A DNA stretch of 64,000 nucleotides from the human T2T-CHM13v2.0 reference genome, Homo sapiens: NCBI RefSeq assembly GCF_009914755.1, contig NC_060935.1; one strand, written 5' to 3'. Positions 1-18,832 of the stretch are shown here, piece after piece. The position numbers and the translations under genes were made by a program. Numbering within the stretch: the first letter of the stretch is position 1; each line of letters opens with the position of its first letter. The notes beneath the pieces are model-generated. The model ran no database searches, was not told the origin of the DNA, and saw only the letters and a program-made list of their open reading frames with translations.

Positions 1-598
<598 letters not shown>

Positions 599-752
599 AG
601 AACTCAAGAAAGCACAGATGGCAAAAGCTGCAGCTGAGGAAAGAGCACTCTTCACTGACCGGATGGCCACTAGGTCCACCACCCAGAGTAATAGAACATC
701 TCGACTTATTGGAAAGAAAATGAACCGCTCTGTCAGCCTTACTATATACTGA
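599..752 (+). CDS. WEE1: WEE1 G2 checkpoint kinase, last coding exon (C-terminal ~50 aa)
   Basis: Pyrimidine tract and AG acceptor at 597-598. One leftover base (phase 2), then the frame from 600 reads ELKKAQMAKAAAEERALFTDRMATRSTTQSNRTSRLIGKKMNRSVSLTIY, TGA at 750-752. This matches the human WEE1 C-terminus as I recall it. Confidence 0.96.
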
Positions 753-1908
753 GCTACTCCTTTCCCACCTCCCCCTGAACACTGTGACAAGAGGAAGCTA
801 GGTTGAAATCACTGATAGAATCCAGTTTGCAATTACTTTCTCGATTGGTGTCAGTAGTTTTACTGATTAGGACTTTTATTGTGAATTACAGTTGAAAGCT
901 GTATTTTGATGATTGCTATGTCAGGCTTTCATCTAATCTTACCAGTCTGTCTTCTGTAGGATGTGTCACTGTTGGATGTTACACCAGCCTTTCCAGGGTT
1001 AACCACTGTGGTGGTGTGCTGCTTATAGTTTGCTGTTGCATTGTAATAAAAGGTGTCTTTCCCTGTAGTGACCTGTAAAAAGTACTCAAGGGCTTTATTA
1101 CAGACATACCCTCCCTTTGAAAAGGGACATGCTAAAAGACTCATTACTACTCAGCCTTCAATGTACCTGTGTGTCCATCTTATATTTCTTTTTTTTTTTT
1201 AATTGTGAATTAGACTTGTATATCCCACTGGGAGCACTTTGTAGGCATTGCATGAACCATGGGATGATGATTCTGTGGAGGTATTGCCTTGTGAATTTGC
1301 TGCTATTTTAGTTTTGTCTTTGCTGTAAACTTGTAGCATTAAACAATCATTGTTGTTAATAGGTCTTCTTTTTGAAACAATTATGTGAAATGTATAGCTG
1401 CTTTTGATGAAAAGCAGCTATTTGCCTTTTTTTTTTTTCCTTTGAACTTTGAAGCTAGTGCATTGGAAAAATGCACCCTTTCCCTCCTTTGGAATGCTGT
1501 ATTAATGTAGTATAATAATTACTGGTTTTGTAACTTGTTCTGGTAATGTCCTTCCCGGACTCTTTTTAAATGTCTCCCCCTAAGTTTTATACTTGATTGT
1601 ATTATTAGTCTGTTTTTAAATGTTTTGCCCGGTTTTTCTCTTCAATATTTGTGTATATAAACCGATCTTCGTGATACTGTACATAGCTGTTTGAAATGCC
1701 AGAATGACTTCTGACATTCCAAGTTTTTCACAAAATATATTTTATCTGTGATTAGCCATTTGACTAATAATACTGGCTAACAGATGTTGAAAAAAATTGT
1801 CTGTTTGTTTTCTCATTAATTTTGGTCTAAAACATGTTTGCACTTGTCTTTGACTTGTGTTTTATTAACATTGATTGGCATATTAAAAGTCACTCTGAGC
1901 TTACCTTA
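753..1908 (+). promoter_or_regulatory. WEE1: WEE1 3'UTR with miRNA seed sites, Pumilio elements and CPEs
   Basis: Seed matches: CACTGTGA 780-787 (miR-128/27), TGCTGCT 1017-1023 and TGCTGCTA 1298-1305 (miR-15/16), CTTGTATA 1215-1222 (miR-381), GCACTTT 1234-1240 (miR-17 family), AGCATTAA 1335-1342 (miR-155). TGTANATA at 1652-1659 and 1678-1685. TTTTAT at 1585, 1740 and 1860. The 3' end is estimated from the poly(A) signal. Confidence 0.85.
1882..1887 (+). terminator. WEE1: Likely distal polyadenylation signal (ATTAAA); alternative proximal signals AATAAA 1045-1050 and ATTAAA 1338-1343
   Basis: Hexamer at the end of the repeat-free UTR-like block, followed by a T/GT-rich tract at ~1910-1940. 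Confidence 0.7.
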
Positions 1909-2090
1909 ATTGTCTAAATCCTTGTGATGCCTGTTTTCTAATATTTTATCTCTATTATTGCTATACTATAAAATGTATAGTGTGTATAATGTACTATTAT
2001 AAAAGCAGAGGGCACATTTTGATTGAATATGAATATCACATTGCATGTTATGCATGTGACTTGCTAGAAATGTAGCATGATGTAATTTAA

Positions 2091-2354
<264 letters not shown>

Positions 2355-4125
2355 TAGTAGAGACGGGGTTTCACTAAGTTGGCCAGGCTGGTCTCGAACT
2401 CCTGACCTCAGGTGATCTGCCTGCCTTGGCCTCCCAAAGTGCTGGGATTACAGGCGCCTGGCCCTTAAAGTGTGGAGGATTTTAATTCTCACTAAACTAG
2501 GCTGGGTTTTAAGATTTGAGGCCAGGCGTCTTGGCTCACGCCTGTAATCCCCACCACTTTGGGAGGCCAAGGCAGGAGGATTGCTTGGGGCCAGGAGTTT
2601 GAGACCAACCTGGGCAACACAGTGAGACCCTATCTCTACAAAAAACAAAAAAGAATTGAGTGCAAATTGAAGTGATAATGTTATTTCTATGGCATCGTTT
2701 TCTGATGTTGATTAGAACCAGAGATGGAGTCTCATTGTTGCTTAGGCTGGTCTTGAGCCCCTGAGCCCAAGAGATCCTCTTGCCTCTGGAGTAACTGGGA
2801 CTATGAGTGTGTGTAATCATGTCCAACCTCTGCCATAAATATTTCTAACAAACTTGATTATATTAGCTTTCTAGTCTATGGTATCTTAAAATTTAGAGGT
2901 GTGAGATGAATTGGTGCAGACAGGAGAATTAGATATAAAAGCCGGTGAGTATGGGTGATAAAACCTAAAAAGCCATAGGAACTGGAGCATGCAACTCACA
3001 CCTTTTAGTAGCTACTGATGACAAAGCTATAAAAAGATCACAATAATTGGGCTGGGTGCTGTGGCTTGCACCGATAATCCCAGTAACCTACGATGCCGCC
3101 ATTGCATTCCAGCCTGGGTTACAGAGTAAGAGCCTGTCTCTTAAAAAAAAAAAAAAAGTATGTATGTATATATATATATATATATAATGGTGTTAATTTA
3201 TGATCATTTTAAGTCACTAAGGTGCATTTTTCCAGTGCACTAGCTTCAAAGACACACTCAGGTGTTTTTCATCAATATTTGCAGTAAAATTTTCACATAA
3301 GAATATTGGATTAAGAAGGAAAACTGATATCTGGTGTTTGAAGAGGGAATTCTTAGGCCATCTAAAAGCTGATATGAGAGTTAGACTCATTTAACTAAAG
3401 GTACTTTTGTTGAGTGCTATGTGCTGACTATGTAGTAGACCAAAGACCAGTAAGAATTTGGTTTTGCCCACTAGGAAATCAGGATAAAATAGAGGAGACT
3501 TTTGTAAATATATAATGACAATAAAATGTAATAAATGCTAATGCTGGAGGGATTGTGCAAGGTAGAATGAAGGTTCAAAAGACTATATGTACCTTATGAA
3601 GATACTGGTGGTAGATTGGAGAATAGATCCAGGGAATTATGTTCAGACTAGTTTCAAGATTATTGTATAATAATCACCGTACAAGAAAGGAGGGCCTGAA
3701 CTAGGACCTTGCTGTGGATAGAAAATAAGAGGATAGGGATTTTCTTTGAACAGTTTGAAACTTTGAACAGTTTCTGTTTGTTGGTAAGATTGAAGCATTG
3801 AAGATTTTTCCAGAAAACTTAACTAAAATGCAGGGGTATGTTACTATTTGAGACAGGTATTCGCCATCGATAAAAGTTTTCTTTTTTGGAAAGCTGACTT
3901 TGGTAAGGTAGAAAAATTTTAAATGTTGACTATGCGGTTGGGTAGGAGGTATTACAAATTGTGATTGACTGCAAATTGAAACTTTTGCCTTAACTTTATC
4001 CTGCCAAGAATACAAGAGCAGTAGGCTTTAATTAATGAACTAATGTATTTTGGAGAGTCCATTATCAAGCTTTGATTTTCACTCCGCTTTGTTCCGGAAG
4101 TCAAGAAACTATGGCATTTTTTTGA

Positions 4126-4752
<627 letters not shown>

Positions 4753-5637
4753 TTAAAAGTTCATAAGAGCTAGGTTTAATGCCAACTGTCCTGGGATGCT
4801 CCAGGCTGTCTCCCAGTTCTTAAGCAGCAGCATCCTGACAATAGAGTAATTTTCCTTCTTCCCCAATTCATCTTTACAAAGCATCTCACTGACTTTTGAC
4901 CAACAGAGCAAATAAATTGTTGCATTTTTTTTTCTGAGTCGGCTTGCTACAGAATTTGTTGCTTTCTTAAGGTATCTTTATTTGTGAAATTTGCAAAGGC
5001 CAATTAAAGCAATCAACAAGGAGGATAGATCAAAAAAGAATTTTGGAAGTGTTTTGGATATTATGTAAATCTTAAGTGAAGCCTGGAACTAGGAATCTGG
5101 AGGCAACTGCCTCATTCAGTATTTTTGAAGGTATTTGTATAACTGTAAAAAGCATCACTGAAACTGAGAGACACTGCAGAGTAAGTGAATCTAGAAATTT
5201 CTCTTGCAAACTGATAATATTGCTAGACATTTCTCGGAAGCTCAGCAAAGTAGATTTTTATAAAAATGGAAGAATAAGACGTCATTGCAACTGTCCCTCT
5301 CCCAACATTTAGCATTCAAAAACTTTTGAGAGGCATTCATCTGAACATTACTGAACTTTTTTTTTCCTTTGTGGCAGATGACCCTAATTTTCAGTGCAAA
5401 TTCAAAGGTCTCTGGAGTAAGGAAAAATATCTATGTATGCCCTAGGAAGATTCACCAGGAAAAGATGGCATGTTGTGTCCAAACTTCATTAAACTAAGAG
5501 TCAAAGAAACTTCGGCCAGTCCAGCCCATGAAGAAAAATACCTCAAAGGAACATTTACATCACAGTTCACATTGTTTAGTTTTATATGGTTAATAAACAT
5601 TTTGAAGAGCATATACTTGTTCTGATTTTTGACATAG

Positions 5638-6008
<371 letters not shown>

Positions 6009-6240
6009 TGAGCCACCGCACCCAGCTTGGAAATATAGGTTTGGTATACAATTCAATTTAGGATGATTATCCAGGAGAGGAGGAACTTTTTTGCAGGTGA
6101 GAGTATGAAGGCTCAAGGGAGTAAAATAATTTAGGAAATCAATTTAGTAGGTAGCAGAGTCAGAATTCCAACTCAGATCTCATAGCAAAGAATCATGCTT
6201 TTTCTAGACATATGAAGGTTGAAGACAAATACTAATTAAA

Positions 6241-6785
6241 GAGGCGATCTCCAATCTTTTGGGCACCAGGGACCGGTTTTGTGGAAGGTAATTTTTTCAC
6301 TGGGGTTGGGGTGTTGCAGGGGAATGGTTTCAAGGTGATTCAAGCACATTACATTTATTGTGCACTTTATTTCTATTATTATTACATTATAATATGTAAT
6401 GAAATAATTATACAACTCACCATAATGTAAGTCAGTGGGAGCCCTGACCTTGTTTTCCTGCAACTAGATGGTCCTGTCTTGGGGTGATGAGAGACAGTGA
6501 CACATCATCACGGATTAGGTTTTTACAAGAAGCATGCAACCTAGAGCCCTCGCTTGTGCAGTTCACAGTAGAGTTCGTGCTCCTAGGAGAATCTAATGCC
6601 ACGGCTGATCTGATGGGAGGTGGAGCTCAGGTGATAATGCAAGCAATCGGGAGCAGCTGTAAATACAGATGAAGCTTCTCTGGCTTGCCCGCTGCTCACC
6701 TCCCGCTGTGCGGCCCGGTTCCTAACAGGGCACGAACTGGTACCATGGGGGTTTTGCCATTAATTCAGGGGTTGAGAACCCCTGA
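6241..6785. mobile_element. MER1A-like hAT-Charlie DNA transposon fossil
   Basis: Begins ...CCAATCTTTTGGGCACCAGGGACCGGTTTTGTGGAAG and ends GGGGTTGAGAACCCCTG, typical of MER1 termini. Confidence 0.8.
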
Positions 6786-8549
6786 GTTAAAAGACAGTGT
6801 TCAGGCAGCAAAGGAGAGTAAGAAGGTGCAGGCTGAGAATTAGGAAAACTGGATGGAATCTGACAGAGAATAAGAGAATTTTGAAGGAGAAATTGATTAA
6901 CTGTGACTAATACAGAAAAGATTGAACAATGACTCAAAGCTCTGTGAAGGTATCTAGAGTTCATTAGAAGATATTTGGTGAGCGGTGTCAGTACAGGGGA
7001 AACAGCCAGATTACAATGGGTTGAGATGTAAATGGGAGATGAGGAAATAGAGATAGCAAGCACAGATCATTTGCAAGAAGCATGGCTGAAAGAGAAGGGG
7101 AAGGGAGGAGAGAGCTATAATTAGAGGGGAATCTTCTTTGGGTTTTGCTGGGGTGTTTTGTTTTGTTTTGTTTTGCTGAGATAGGGTCTCACTTTGTAGC
7201 CCAGACTGGAGTACAGTGGCCCAATTTTGGCTCACCACAGGCTCGACCTCCCAGGCTCAAATGATCTTCCTGCCTCAGTCTTTCAAGTAGCTGGCGACAC
7301 AAGTGTGCACTACCACTCCTGGCTAATTTGTGTATTTTTGGTAGAGCCAGGGTTTTGCCATGTTGCCCAGGCTGGTCTCAAACTCCTGGGCTCAAGTGAT
7401 CTGCCCGACTAGGCCTCCCAAAGTGCTAGGATTACAGGTGCGAGCCACTGCACCTGGCCTGGGTTTTGCTGATTTTGGTATTATTTATCATCTACGTGCT
7501 AAGTGTTTTACATACATAATGACATTTAATCCTCATAAGAACTCTGTGACAAAATCCCCATTTTTCAAATGGTTTTTAAGAGAGGTAAAATGTTTCCCCA
7601 ATTACAAAGCTACAGCATCAGGATACGAAGCTACAGCATCAGGATTCAAACCTAAAGTGTTTGGCTGAACCACTAGCCAAATTTGTAGCAAGTTCTCTGA
7701 GTTTGGAGCGGAGGAAGAATAAGTGTGAATGAGACAAGTTTTGGGAAGTGCAGGAAATGGGGAGGGGAATTCCAGTTTAATGCTCTCTCCTCTGAAGTTG
7801 GAATTGTGTCCCAGGAACTGAAAGTGCCTCAGGGGACTGAGGACAGAGGCACATGTATAGAAGGAATGCCTCCTCACTCTGCTGCTGCTGCCTTCTTTCC
7901 TTCTGGATGAAGTGGCTAAAAGTCTTCAGAGGGCCAGGAGCGGTGGCTCACGCCTGTAATCCCAGCACTTTGGGAGGCCGAGATGGGTGGATCATTTGAG
8001 GTCAGGAGTTCAAGGCCAGCCTGGCCAACATGGTGAAATCCCGCCTCTACTAAAAATACAAAAATTAGCCAGGTGTGGTGGCAGGTGCTGTAATTCCAGC
8101 TACTTGGGAGGCTGAGACAGAAGAATCACCTGAACCTGGGAGCTGTAGGTTTCGGTGAGCTGAGAATATGCCACTGCACTCCAGCCTGGGTGAGTCTTTA
8201 GAGTATACTATATAGATATTTAAAGCAGCGTTTCAAGAAGTTTTTATGATTAGAGAAATTTATGTGTTATAATAAAGTAAGAAAAAAAAACAGCAAACAA
8301 AATTGTACACATGGGATTGTTGTTAAAGCATTAAAAGAATGAAGGCCAACAACAGCTGTCATTTACGTGACTGGTGGGATTACTGAAGCTTTCCCACTCT
8401 TTTTTCCTTTTAAAAAATATTTGAGGCCGGGGCCGGGCGCCGTGGCTTACGCCTGTAATCCCAGCACTCTGGGAGGCCAAGGTGAGCGGATCACCTGAGG
8501 TCGGGAGTTTGAGACCAGCCTGACCAACATGGAGAAACCCCCGTCTCTA

Positions 8550-8775
<226 letters not shown>

Positions 8776-9443
8776 CTACTAAAAATACAAAAATTAGCCA
8801 GGCGTGATGGCATGCACCTGTAGTCTCAGCTACTTGGGAGGCTGAGGTTGGGAGGATCACCTGAGCCCAGGAGGCGGCAGTTGCAGTGAGCCAAGATCTG
8901 CACTCCAGCCTGGATGTCAGAGCAATACCCTGTCTCTCACACACACAGACACAAACAAACAAACAAACAAAAAGTTATTAACATATGCAGTCAATAGAAA
9001 TTGAGCAAGTCACCTGGCTTGCAAAGATTTGTCCAATAATCATCCTCTACTGCCCCCACAAATTTCTAATAATGGGCACCACTCCCTTGAATACAGGGGC
9101 ACCTATATGATCTGGGCTGGACCAAATGGAGTTTCTCCTGGAACCTTGCAGATGCTCCCGTTGCTGGCAAAGATAAGGAGGCCAAGCTGCATAGCAAAAG
9201 CTGATTTGCAGGTGAAGTGAATGAACCAACACAGAAGCAGAATTGAGAAATGAGGAGGGCAAGATCTGAGAACATCGGAGTCCCTGAAGCCAATCTTGGT
9301 TGGGTTCTATGAGCCTATACATATTCCTCTTTTGGCTTAAGCTATTTTAAGGTGAGTCAGTTGCTTGAAATGAAAAGAGCTTGCCTAATGCAACATATTT
9401 TTCTAAACTTGTAGCCATGAGTTAAATCATCTAGATACTGTAT

Positions 9444-10938
<1,495 letters not shown>

Positions 10939-11520
10939 GCATGACTGAGGATTGCAAAGATCTGAGGGTCTCCAGGTTCATTCCTTGGTTGAGGTTTCTG
11001 CTGTGTCAAGAATGGCATGTGATAGCAGCAGACCCCGCAGCGTCTCTTCCTGGCCTGCCTCACTTTCCTCGTTATATGTACTTATAGCATTAATTTTCTA
11101 GTGGCTTACTTGGTGCAAAGCACCAGGCACAGCAGTTCCAGAAAGAATTTTACTGCTAGACCTTGACTTCCATTGAACAGGATTAGACATCCCATAGTTC
11201 CACTAACAATTAAAGAGACCTATGCAGCCAGGTGATTTGGACAATAAAATGTGCAGTTTTTTTTCCTGTTTGTCACACACTATTGCTACGAGTATCGAAC
11301 AACCCATTCTTGGGGAGTGAAAATGGAGATAAAAGCTCATGAGGCAGGCCAGGCACGGTGGCTCATGCCTGTAATCCCAGCACTTCGGGAGGCCAAGGTG
11401 GGCGGATCACGAGGTCAGGAGTTCGAGACCAGCCTGACCAATGTGGTGAAACCCCATCTCTACTAAAAATGCAAAAATTAGCTGGGCATGATGGTGCATG
11501 CCTGTAATCCCAGCTACTCA

Positions 11521-11694
<174 letters not shown>

Positions 11695-11730
11695 TCAGTC
11701 TTTATTATTATTATTATTATTTGGAGATAG

Positions 11731-11865
<135 letters not shown>

Positions 11866-12090
11866 TAGCTAATTTTAAAATTTTTTGTAGAGATGGGGTC
11901 TTGCTGTGTTGCCCCGGCTGGCCTCACACTCCTAGGCTCAAACAATCCTCCTGCCTCGGCCTCCCAAAGTGCTGGGATTACAGGCATGAGCCACCACACG
12001 CAGCCTTAAGCTTCCTCGTTAAAAGATGGAGCAAAATACTGAAGCTGGGGAAGACAGAGGACCTGGCTCCACCACATGCTTCCCAATTAG

Positions 12091-12420
<330 letters not shown>

Positions 12421-14044
12421 TGAGCTCAAGCCATCTGCCCACCTTGGCCTCCCAAAGTGCTGGGATTGCAGGTGTGAGCCACCATGTGCAGCAACATTTA
12501 CTTTAAGGACTTGCACTGTGCTAGTCCTTGCACCCTCATGTCTCCTGCGCCATCCTCCTGCTCCCAGTGTTCTGGTGCTGTCTCCTCTGTGCCCAGGCCT
12601 CTGTGCCTGAGACTTGGGCAATGTCAACCCCAGGTCCCCTTCTTTCTCCTGGTACCTGAATGCTGAGCAGTTACTAGCTAGTGCTAGACACAGATACAAA
12701 TACAAACAAGATAATCCTTCCTCCTTCTCCATTGTACACAGTGTAGTGGAGGTATTAGGCAGAAACAACTAACCATATACAATAAAATAATGTCCTTTTG
12801 TGGCAAGCATAGGTCACTATGGGGACCAAATGGTAAGCAATGAATCCACGGGATAAAGAGCTGCGTATTGCTGTTCGCAGGAGAGGCGACACCTCATCTA
12901 GGGCTTGAAAGATGGATAAGAGTTTGCTAAGTGGATGAGGCAGAAGGGTTTCCTAGGTAGCGGGATCCATCATCATGAACAAGGCCCAGAGGAATGCAGC
13001 TGTGCAGGTTATTAGGGTGGCAAAAGCATAGTGTGTTTCACTGCCAGTGAAGCCAGTTTCACTGCCAGATTCATGTTTTCCATTGCTGGGTTTCAATTCT
13101 GCAATAAGCAAACTTCTGAAAAATATGAATTTCTGTTTATTCTTGTTCAGACCAAAGCTGAAAATATTGATGAATGAGCAAATGAAAGGAATGTATATAA
13201 GAGAGCTTAGGCTTTTTCCATCAAGGAATGAGTCACAACAACCCTGGGAAGAAAAGAAGAGAAGGACTTGTGTCACCATTGCAATGTTGTCCTCTTCGGA
13301 GCCCCATCTTCTTCTGGCAAGGGCCCAGAGCAGCTGCTCTTGCTGCAACACCAGCTCTGCCGTCTGCTCCTTCAGCAGGCTTGATCTAGGCACTGTCCCT
13401 CATGTCCCCTGCACCATCCCCCTGTCTCCAGTGTTCCTGGTGCTGCCTCCTCTGTGCCCAGGCCCTTGTGCCTGAGTCTTGAGCATTACCACCCACAGGT
13501 CCCCTTGGGTCCCTTCCTATCTCTTGGTTCCCTAATGCTGAGTGGCCCCAGCAGAGACAGAGCTGGAGGCTGGTGGTGGAGGGCAGAGCTGTACTTCGGA
13601 GCTGAGCATTTCTTCCCCTTTGGCAGAGCAGCTGCTTCTCTATCTTTCTTACTCTTTGGTGTCCAGACAGCACCAGGAAGAATCTAGCTCCCTCCCCGAC
13701 AGGAAGTAGTATGCATATTTCCTGCTGAGCCCCAAGAGTGTTGCTGGTGTGAGGTTGACTGGAGGACTTTCCCACAGGCTGGGTTTGCGGTTTAATGTGA
13801 AAGCTGAAACTAGAGGAGGAGATGCTAACCAAAGTGGCCAGAAGGTGAATAAGAGCTCAAACCTTAGGGAGCAGCAAGGGCCAGTGCAGATGTCAAATTC
13901 AATTGCAAGCCAGAGGCAGAAGGCTTGGATCCCGGCTTGCACCTGGAGTGAGTGGGAAGGGCCTGGGACAATCACTGCCCACTCTCAGCTGCCCACTTGT
14001 CAGTTGCATGCAGTTGGTCTGTCACACAGGCTCATGCATGACCA

Positions 14045-14054
14045 CATACACACA

Positions 14055-14086
<32 letters not shown>
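14045..14086. repeat. (CA)n microsatellite
   Basis: Direct reading. Confidence 0.95.
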
Positions 14087-14257
14087 TTGGCTCACACATC
14101 TAGGGGGGCAGAAAATACCCTCACCGGGGGAGGGACCCAGACCCACGTGGGGAGTCTGCAACACAAATGCCCCTTCCCCTCACCTATTCTTCTGCACTAG
14201 GTTTTTTTGTTTGTTTGCTTGTTTTTTGGTTTTTGGTTTTTTTTTTTTTTTTTTTGA

Positions 14258-14362
<105 letters not shown>

Positions 14363-14871
14363 TGAATAGCTGGGATTACCGGAGTTACTGTGCCTGGCTA
14401 ATTTTAGTATTTTTGTAGAGATGAGGTTTTGCCATAGTGGCCAGGCTGATCTTGAACTCCTGGGCTCAAGAGATCCGCCTGCCTTGGCCTCCCAAAGTGC
14501 TGGGATTACAGGCGTGAGCCACCACTCCCGGCTGCACCAGATCTTAGAAGGAAACCCTTCCTCAACCTCCAGTCTTCTTACGGAGCACGTGCAGATTTAC
14601 ATCTGTAGATGTTTCCCTTCCAGAAGACTTCAAGGCTCTCCCTTTGGGCATAATAAGAAAAGAGATCAACTCAGAGGGAGCGAACACAGAGGGAGGGTTT
14701 GGGTAGACACTTTTGCAAGCAGCCTGGGAGAGGGGCTGAGGCCTTGGAAGCCAGGAGACAGAGGACAGCCCAGGGGCCTGAGGGACTGACAGAGCAAGGA
14801 GAGAGGTCTCAGCCATGTTCTTACGTGTTTTGGCACATGACCTCATTATCATGGGCAACGTACTAAGGCTA

Positions 14872-15213
<342 letters not shown>

Positions 15214-15302
15214 TTACTTAGCAATGATGTAGTAATCCCCACTAGGGTGGCTGCCCATATTCTAATTCTAATATTCTAATTGCAGTCCAAATTCTAATAT
15301 TC

Positions 15303-15334
<32 letters not shown>

Positions 15335-16491
15335 ATTTTGAGACAGAGTTTCGCTCTTGTTGCCCTGGAGGGCAGTGGCGCGATCTTAGCTCACTGCAAC
15401 CTCCGTCTCCCGGGTTCAAGCGAATCTCCTGCCTCAGCTTCCTGAGTAGCTGGGATTATAGGCGCCTGCCACCACGACCAGCTAATTTTTTGTATTTTTT
15501 AGTAGAGACGGGGTTTCACTATGTTGGCCAGGCTGGTCTTGAACTCCTGACCTCAGACGATCCACCCGCCTCGGCCTCCTAAAGTGCTGAGATTACAGGC
15601 GTGAGCCACCGTGCCCGGCCCCAAATTCTAATATTCTTACACATCCTTCTACCCTGGAAATTGTCCTTGTTACATAGGGTGAGTGCCCAATGACCAGGTC
15701 TGTACTATATGACCCTGTCCCCATGGCATATAGCTAATTGGTCCAGTGGCAGACTTGAATCAAGAGGTCTCATCAGATCTCTTCACAGCCCAACCACCAA
15801 TAGTTTGGGGTTCTCCCTCTGAGCCAAGCCAGGCCAAAGTCCCTTCGCAGAGCAGAGTGAGAATAGACCAGTCCCTCTCTGCCAGTGGCAGGTGGGATGT
15901 GAATGAGGCCAGGGAGCTAATGGCACCCAGTCACACTGAGGAGTTCAGGCAATGGTGGGGAAAGCTGAAGGCAGCATGCAGAGGAAACCAGAGAACTGAA
16001 TCCTTGGTTCCATTCGTATCTGACCAAGGCCCCAAATCAGAGTTTCCCTTGTATTCTTCTGGTTTAGTTGCTACTTGAAACACTCAATTATCCTTCCAAC
16101 CAGCTTCAACCCCCGCTTTTCCTTCTTGAAGTAGTTGGTTAGGTTTTTGTTTCTTGCACCACACACCAAGAAAACAGATGACAAACTGAGTAGGTTAAAT
16201 TAATGTTATCCAAAACTTTGTTCATCCTGAGACCTCAGATTACCTTGCATCCCTCAATCACAGTGGCACCCAGGAGGCACTGTGTCAATAGGGACTGCTT
16301 TTCCCCTAGCCAGTTTTGGAAGCTCCATTACCAGAGCTGGTGTCTCACTTTCTAGAAAATTCTCAGTCCATTTACATAAGACCTGGAACTGCCTGGTAAG
16401 AGCCCACAGTTCAAAAGGTGATATAAGACCCTCCTGGAGTGTCTTCAGAGGACATGCTGGGTCTCATATCTGTTTTCAGCTTTACACATGA

Positions 16492-16941
<450 letters not shown>

Positions 16942-17173
16942 TGATTTACCTGCCTTGGCCTCCCAAAGTGCTGGGATTACAGGTGTGAGCCACTGCACCT
17001 GGCCAGCCTCTTCTTATAGTATGCTTAATATCTGCATGAAAGCAAAATACATTTCTAAACATGCAAACAAATACACTGCACCCACTTACAAGACAATTGC
17101 TGTCTACTCCATGATTCGTGTCTATGGCCAATACAAGGTGGGCCAATGGCCAAGGCACAGCATGTCCTCCTGA

Positions 17174-17606
<433 letters not shown>

Positions 17607-18271
17607 TGACCTCAAGTGATCCACCCGCCTCAGCCTCCCAAAGTGCTGGCGTTATAGGCATGAGCCACTGTGCCCGGCCATACAGTCTGTCATGTCCCAC
17701 AGAGTTTAGGGTAGAGAATAGAAAGTTCAATTTGGGAAATGCTGAAATTAAGGCCCCTGCAGGGCATGCTAGTGGCAATACCCAATGAGCAATCAAGGCC
17801 CCAAATTTAGGTTTGGACATCATTGGTATTTGCGTGGTTGTTGAAACCCTGGGTATGAGTGAGATAATCCAAGAATTTGTAAAATGAAAGGAGAAGTAAA
17901 CCAAGACAGAGCTCTGGGAAAAGCAACATTTATGGGGCTAATGGGAAGAAAAGGAATTAGTGAAGAAAAAGGAGAAAGCGCATTTGAGGAGTTAGAAGAA
18001 AATGATGGGTGACCGGCAATTTAATGGCCGCAGGAGAAGAGGATTTCAAGAATGAAGAAGTGGTCAACATAGAGAAGAGGACTAAAAAGATAAGGACTTA
18101 GAGGACTAAGAAGATAAGGGGTCCCTGGAGTTTAGCAACAAGGAAGTCCCTGGCAACATTAGTGGCTTCAGTGGTGTAATAGAGAGAGAACCCAGATGTC
18201 AAGGGGTTGAAGACCCTGGCGCCAGTCTACAGGGGAATGGAGCTTTCCCTACACTGCTCAGCACTACGTGA

Positions 18272-18832
<561 letters not shown>

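Noticed and set aside
599-658. Third-frame ...KSCS-TGA-G resembling a selenoprotein C-x-U motif
   Set aside because: Out of frame with the recognised WEE1 coding sequence, and no SECIS identified.
7608-7645. 21-bp tandem duplication (also a 19-bp one at ~58911-58948)
   Set aside because: Ordinary slippage-type micro-duplications.
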